29,866 nt of DNA from a virus (lineage: Duplodnaviria > Caudoviricetes): the IMG/VR virus record IMGVR_UViG_3300037467_000050, positions 1-29,866 of that record. One strand, 5' to 3'. Shown in pieces: positions 26,835 through 29,866 of the stretch. A program made the position numbers and the translations under genes. Positions within the stretch are counted from its first letter, which is position 1. Each line of letters begins with the position of its first letter. The notes below the pieces were generated by a model. The model was not told the DNA's origin, ran no database searches, and worked only from the letters and a program-made list of their open reading frames with translations.

Positions 26835-27851
26835 ATGGCACTAGAAGATTTTCTAGCAGGTCTTGACCCTAAGACCGCAAAGCGCATTAAGACCGCGCAG
26901 CAGACAGAGGTTGTGTTTCTCCCAACCGCATCACATGGTCTTAACAAGATTCTAAATGGCGGTGTCGCCAAGGGAAGAATCTGTTTGATTTACGGAAACC
27001 AGAGCGCCGGTAAGTCTCTGGCAATGCAGGCATCGGTTGCCAAGTGGCAGAAGATGGGCCTAGTATGTGCTTGGGTAGATGCCGAGGGCGCATGGGATAA
27101 GAAGTGGGCCGAGCGACTAGGCGTAAACAACGACGAACTGATTCTGATTCAGTCAAAGTCCTCAGGTCGCATCGAAGACGAGTTGGCACCGCTTCTGGAA
27201 AACAAGATTGACGTTGTAGTCATCGACTCAATTTCAGACATTATGCCGGAAGCCTTTATTGGAAAGGACGGTAGCCTGAACGATCAGGTTGACCGTAAGC
27301 AGATTGGTGCTCACGCCAAGGCTATCACGGCACTTATTAACGGTATTCTTTACCGTAACGAGGACACAGCAGTTGTCCTCCTATCGCAGACCACCACGTT
27401 CCTTGGTCAGACCTACGTTCAGCAGGTTCCTCACGGTGGAAAGAAGGTCCTCTTTGCTGCATCACAGATCGTTAAGTTGACTTCATCTAACACCGATGCC
27501 AAGCAGATCAAGGGTAATGTCTATGTGGGTGACCTCGTTCTAGAGAAGCCAATCGGTCGAACGGTTGACGCTTTCTGCGAAAAGAACAAGTTGGGGCCAC
27601 AGCACGGTACCTGTGAGTATGACATTTACTACGGTGGCGAGGACGTTGGTATTGACTACATTGGCGAGGTAATTAAGGAAGCCATTGAGTATCAGGTTCT
27701 CACCAAGGGTGGAGCATGGTTCAAGTGGGACGGTCAGCAGTGGCAGGGTGAGGCGAATGTGGTTAAGCACTTCAAGTCAAACCCTGACGATCTAGAGAAG
27801 TTGCTTGCTGAAATCCACATGGTAGAGACTGGTGAGGTTGTCGATGAATGA
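26835..27851 (+). CDS. recA: RecA-like recombinase
   Basis: LNKILNGGVAKGR, Walker A GNQSAGKS, WVDAEG, Walker B VVVIDS, GGKKVLFAAS, KNKLG and KGGAWF. Confidence 0.95.
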   Translation: MALEDFLAGLDPKTAKRIKTAQQTEVVFLPTASHGLNKILNGGVAKGRICLIYGNQSAGKSLAMQASVAKWQKMGLVCAWVDAEGAWDKKWAERLGVNNDELILIQSKSSGRIEDELAPLLENKIDVVVIDSISDIMPEAFIGKDGSLNDQVDRKQIGAHAKAITALINGILYRNEDTAVVLLSQTTTFLGQTYVQQVPHGGKKVLFAASQIVKLTSSNTDAKQIKGNVYVGDLVLEKPIGRTVDAFCEKNKLGPQHGTCEYDIYYGGEDVGIDYIGEVIKEAIEYQVLTKGGAWFKWDGQQWQGEANVVKHFKSNPDDLEKLLAEIHMVETGEVVDE

Positions 27852-28035
27852 GCAAGAGGCTGCACAGGCAGCAGCAATGAATCAGGTTATCATCGAAGGC
27901 GACTTCTACTGCCAGACTCCCGGCTGTGACGATGGTGATATCTCAAAGGCCGTCTATCTCCCAGAGGTAAGGGTTTTGACGTGGAAGTGCAAGAACGACC
28001 ACAAGTCATTTATTGAGGACATTAACCTTGGCTGA
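27844..28035 (+). CDS. Small hypothetical protein, possible zinc ribbon
   Basis: 63 aa from ATG 27844, containing CQTPGC...CKNDH. Confidence 0.65.
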   Translation: MNEQEAAQAAAMNQVIIEGDFYCQTPGCDDGDISKAVYLPEVRVLTWKCKNDHKSFIEDINLG

Positions 28036-28351
28036 CGCAAAGACAGAAGCAGCGGAAATCAAGAGGTTCGGTGGCAAGCCCCAGCCCAACTCGGGCCGGG
28101 GTAAGCACAAGAAGGGCGATGCCATTATCGACAAGTTCGTAGTCGATGTAAAGGAATATGGCAAGACTTTCGGTCTATCCAAGGCAGTATGGGCAAAGAT
28201 TTGCAAGGATGCTGTCAAGCAAGGTAAGCGTCCTGCTCTTGCTGTTGTCCTTGGTGAAAACGACGGACGTAAGGTCAGAATGTGGGTTATCTCCGATTCT
28301 GATATGCAGGAGTATTTGGAGTTCTTGGAGAACCGCGATGAGGAAGTATAA
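28028..28351 (+). CDS. Holliday junction resolvase (Hjc-like PD-(D/E)xK nuclease)
   Basis: E....RFGG....NSG....KGD......VDVK motif. Likely start is TTG 28028 after GAGGA. Recombination context. Confidence 0.75.
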   Translation: MADAKTEAAEIKRFGGKPQPNSGRGKHKKGDAIIDKFVVDVKEYGKTFGLSKAVWAKICKDAVKQGKRPALAVVLGENDGRKVRMWVISDSDMQEYLEFLENRDEEV

Positions 28352-28559
28352 GTGGTTTAAGAGGAACCGCTGCCCACACTCAAATCTGGCCGGTATCTAT
28401 GGAGACAGAGCCAATTTCACCCCACACTTTTCTAGACTACTCTGCTTAGATTGTGGCAGATATCTAGATGGGCCGGTGTGGATAGCGGACGCAAGAAGGG
28501 ACGAATATCTTGGACGCATGCAAGAAGTGCGAGAAAATGAAGGAAGAGGATATGCCTGA
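28338..28559 (+). CDS. Small hypothetical protein with Cys/His motif
   Basis: 73 aa from ATG 28338 (GGAG upstream), containing CPH...CLDC. Fills the gap between neighbours. Confidence 0.6.
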   Translation: MRKYKWFKRNRCPHSNLAGIYGDRANFTPHFSRLLCLDCGRYLDGPVWIADARRDEYLGRMQEVRENEGRGYA

Positions 28560-28875
28560 CACAACAATGGAACTAGTATCCACTGTCACAGAGTTTAATG
28601 ACCTGCATGATTTCATGGAGGATGAGCAACTGGACAGGGCGCTGCACCTTGTAGTAAAATTGTATATGGAAAAGGGACGTATGAATCCTGCCCAAGCAGC
28701 CGCAATTATTGTTGAATTGCAGGCTCTAGCAACAAAGTTTGCTGTGCTGGGTACATACTATATGACAATTGGAAAGAAAGGCGCAGAAGAGACGCACAAG
28801 AAGAACGTTTACATGACTTTGAAGGATTCAATCTCAAAGTTGGTAGACAGCCTAAAGTACGTTTCGAAGGCTTGA
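28552..28875 (+). CDS. Hypothetical alpha-helical protein
   Basis: ATG 28552 after AAGGAAGAGGA. 107 aa. Confidence 0.7.
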   Translation: MPDTTMELVSTVTEFNDLHDFMEDEQLDRALHLVVKLYMEKGRMNPAQAAAIIVELQALATKFAVLGTYYMTIGKKGAEETHKKNVYMTLKDSISKLVDSLKYVSKA

Positions 28876-28876
28876 T

Positions 28877-29683
28877 ATGGGATTTAGAGATATTTCAAAG
28901 GGCACGCACTTCCGTGGTGGCGGTATTAATGCCAAGACGATTAGTGATCTTGTCGAAAAGGGTTATATGGCTCACGTTCGTGAGGCTAAGGTAACCAAGA
29001 AGGAAACCTTTGCTCCGTCCTCCATCGGATATGATGGAAATGGACGCTGCCCCCGCTATTGGTACATGGCTTTTGAAGGCAAGTATGTTTTCGAAGAGAC
29101 TACCGATGCAATGGGCATGGCTACGATGATGAATGGCCGGTATGCCGGGGAGAGGTTTGGTGAAGTCTTTGAGAAGTCTGGTTCTCTGGTTGCTCTAGAG
29201 GCAGAAATGATTATGGCTGATCCACCTATCCGTGGTTTTATCGACGCTCTTGTGAGAATCGAGAACGAAGAGACTGGTGAGTCTGAGGTAGTCGTGGCAG
29301 AGTTCAAGACCACCAAGGATGCGATCTTCACAATCCGTAAGAATACGATGAAGCCTTTGGCATATCACTTGTATCAGATTCTCATTTACATGAGGGCTAC
29401 GGGAAAGAAGAACGGATTCCTCTTCTATGAGAATAGAGACGATCTTTCCTTCCTCGTCATTCCTGTGGAAATGACTCCAAAGAATGAGAAGATTCTAGAC
29501 GACGCTCTTGACTGGCTTAGAGAGGTTCGTGCGAATTGGGAAGCCGAAGGCGATACACTGCCAAAGCGACCGTTCACCAAGAGTTCTAAGCAATGCAAGT
29601 ATTGCCCGGTCAAGCGTGAGTGCTGGGAGAATCTTGGGGAAGGAACAGTTACCATCGAACCGATGGTAGTTGCCAAGATTTGA
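28877..29683 (+). CDS. Cas4-family exonuclease
   Basis: PSS....CPR, GFIDA, EFKT, Q...Y and C-terminal CKYCPVKREC, giving four Fe-S ligands split N-/C-terminally. Confidence 0.88.
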   Translation: MGFRDISKGTHFRGGGINAKTISDLVEKGYMAHVREAKVTKKETFAPSSIGYDGNGRCPRYWYMAFEGKYVFEETTDAMGMATMMNGRYAGERFGEVFEKSGSLVALEAEMIMADPPIRGFIDALVRIENEETGESEVVVAEFKTTKDAIFTIRKNTMKPLAYHLYQILIYMRATGKKNGFLFYENRDDLSFLVIPVEMTPKNEKILDDALDWLREVRANWEAEGDTLPKRPFTKSSKQCKYCPVKRECWENLGEGTVTIEPMVVAKI

Positions 29684-29866
29684 GCAAGTTAGAACGAGTT
29701 TGCGCGTGGGGTGAATGTGGTGTCACATTCACCCCCGCCAAGCATAACCAGATTTACCACACCGACGAGTGCTGCAAGCGAGCCACCAATGCACGATTGA
29801 TGGAGCGCTACTACGAAGACAAAGCACGAATGAACGGTGCTGAGAGGGTTTGCAAGACGCCTCACT
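29680..29866 (+). CDS. Cys-rich hypothetical protein (3'-truncated), absent from the ORF track
   Basis: TTGA overlap with the Cas4 stop. Reads MSKLERVCAWGECGVTFTPAKHNQIYHTDECCKRATNAR... and stays open to the window end. Confidence 0.7.
   Translation, partial: MSKLERVCAWGECGVTFTPAKHNQIYHTDECCKRATNARLMERYYEDKARMNGAERVCKTPH

Noticed and set aside
19146-27851. Inteins or introns in dnaB, dnaE or recA
   Set aside because: Lengths are normal, motifs are contiguous, and no intein splice-junction or LAGLIDADG insert was seen.
3554-28551. Longest-ORF starts at 3554, 19125, 22530, 22852, 27832, 28013, 28158 and 28510
   Set aside because: Downstream starts (3599, 19146, 22566, 22888, 27844, 28028, 28338, 28552) have better RBS placement, smaller overlaps, or avoid a terminator.
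28877-29683. CRISPR-Cas system suggested by Cas4
   Set aside because: No repeat-spacer array or other cas genes are visible, and the context is recombination.

Overview
A 29.9 kb segment of a large tailed dsDNA phage. All credible genes are on the + strand, densely packed and often translationally coupled, and GC content is about 50% by eye. Gene content and order resemble large actinobacterial siphoviruses of the Streptomyces BE/BK type; this is inferred from recalled gene order, not from a search. The left half is a tail module: the 3' part of the tape measure gene with a C-terminal M23 peptidase, several minor tail proteins, and a 1935-aa tail fibre with FN3 and carbohydrate-binding-like domains. 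The middle is accessory: HNH endonuclease, Thr/Val/Pro-rich membrane protein, metallophosphoesterase, holin-like protein and an HTH protein. The right half is replication/recombination: DnaB, DnaG, gp32-like SSB, a second HNH, DnaE, MazG, RecA, an Hjc-like resolvase and a Cas4-like nuclease. The most notable non-coding signals are: (1) a structured RNA upstream of recA (extended -10 promoter, GNRA hairpin, H-type pseudoknot, AU-rich leader); (2) three promoters placed exactly 6 nt before an ATG, implying leaderless mRNAs; (3) palindromes or repeats overlapping -35 boxes; (4) apparent window-wide avoidance of AGCT, CCWGG and several 6-bp restriction sites. No tRNA, CRISPR array, integrase or reverse transcriptase was seen.
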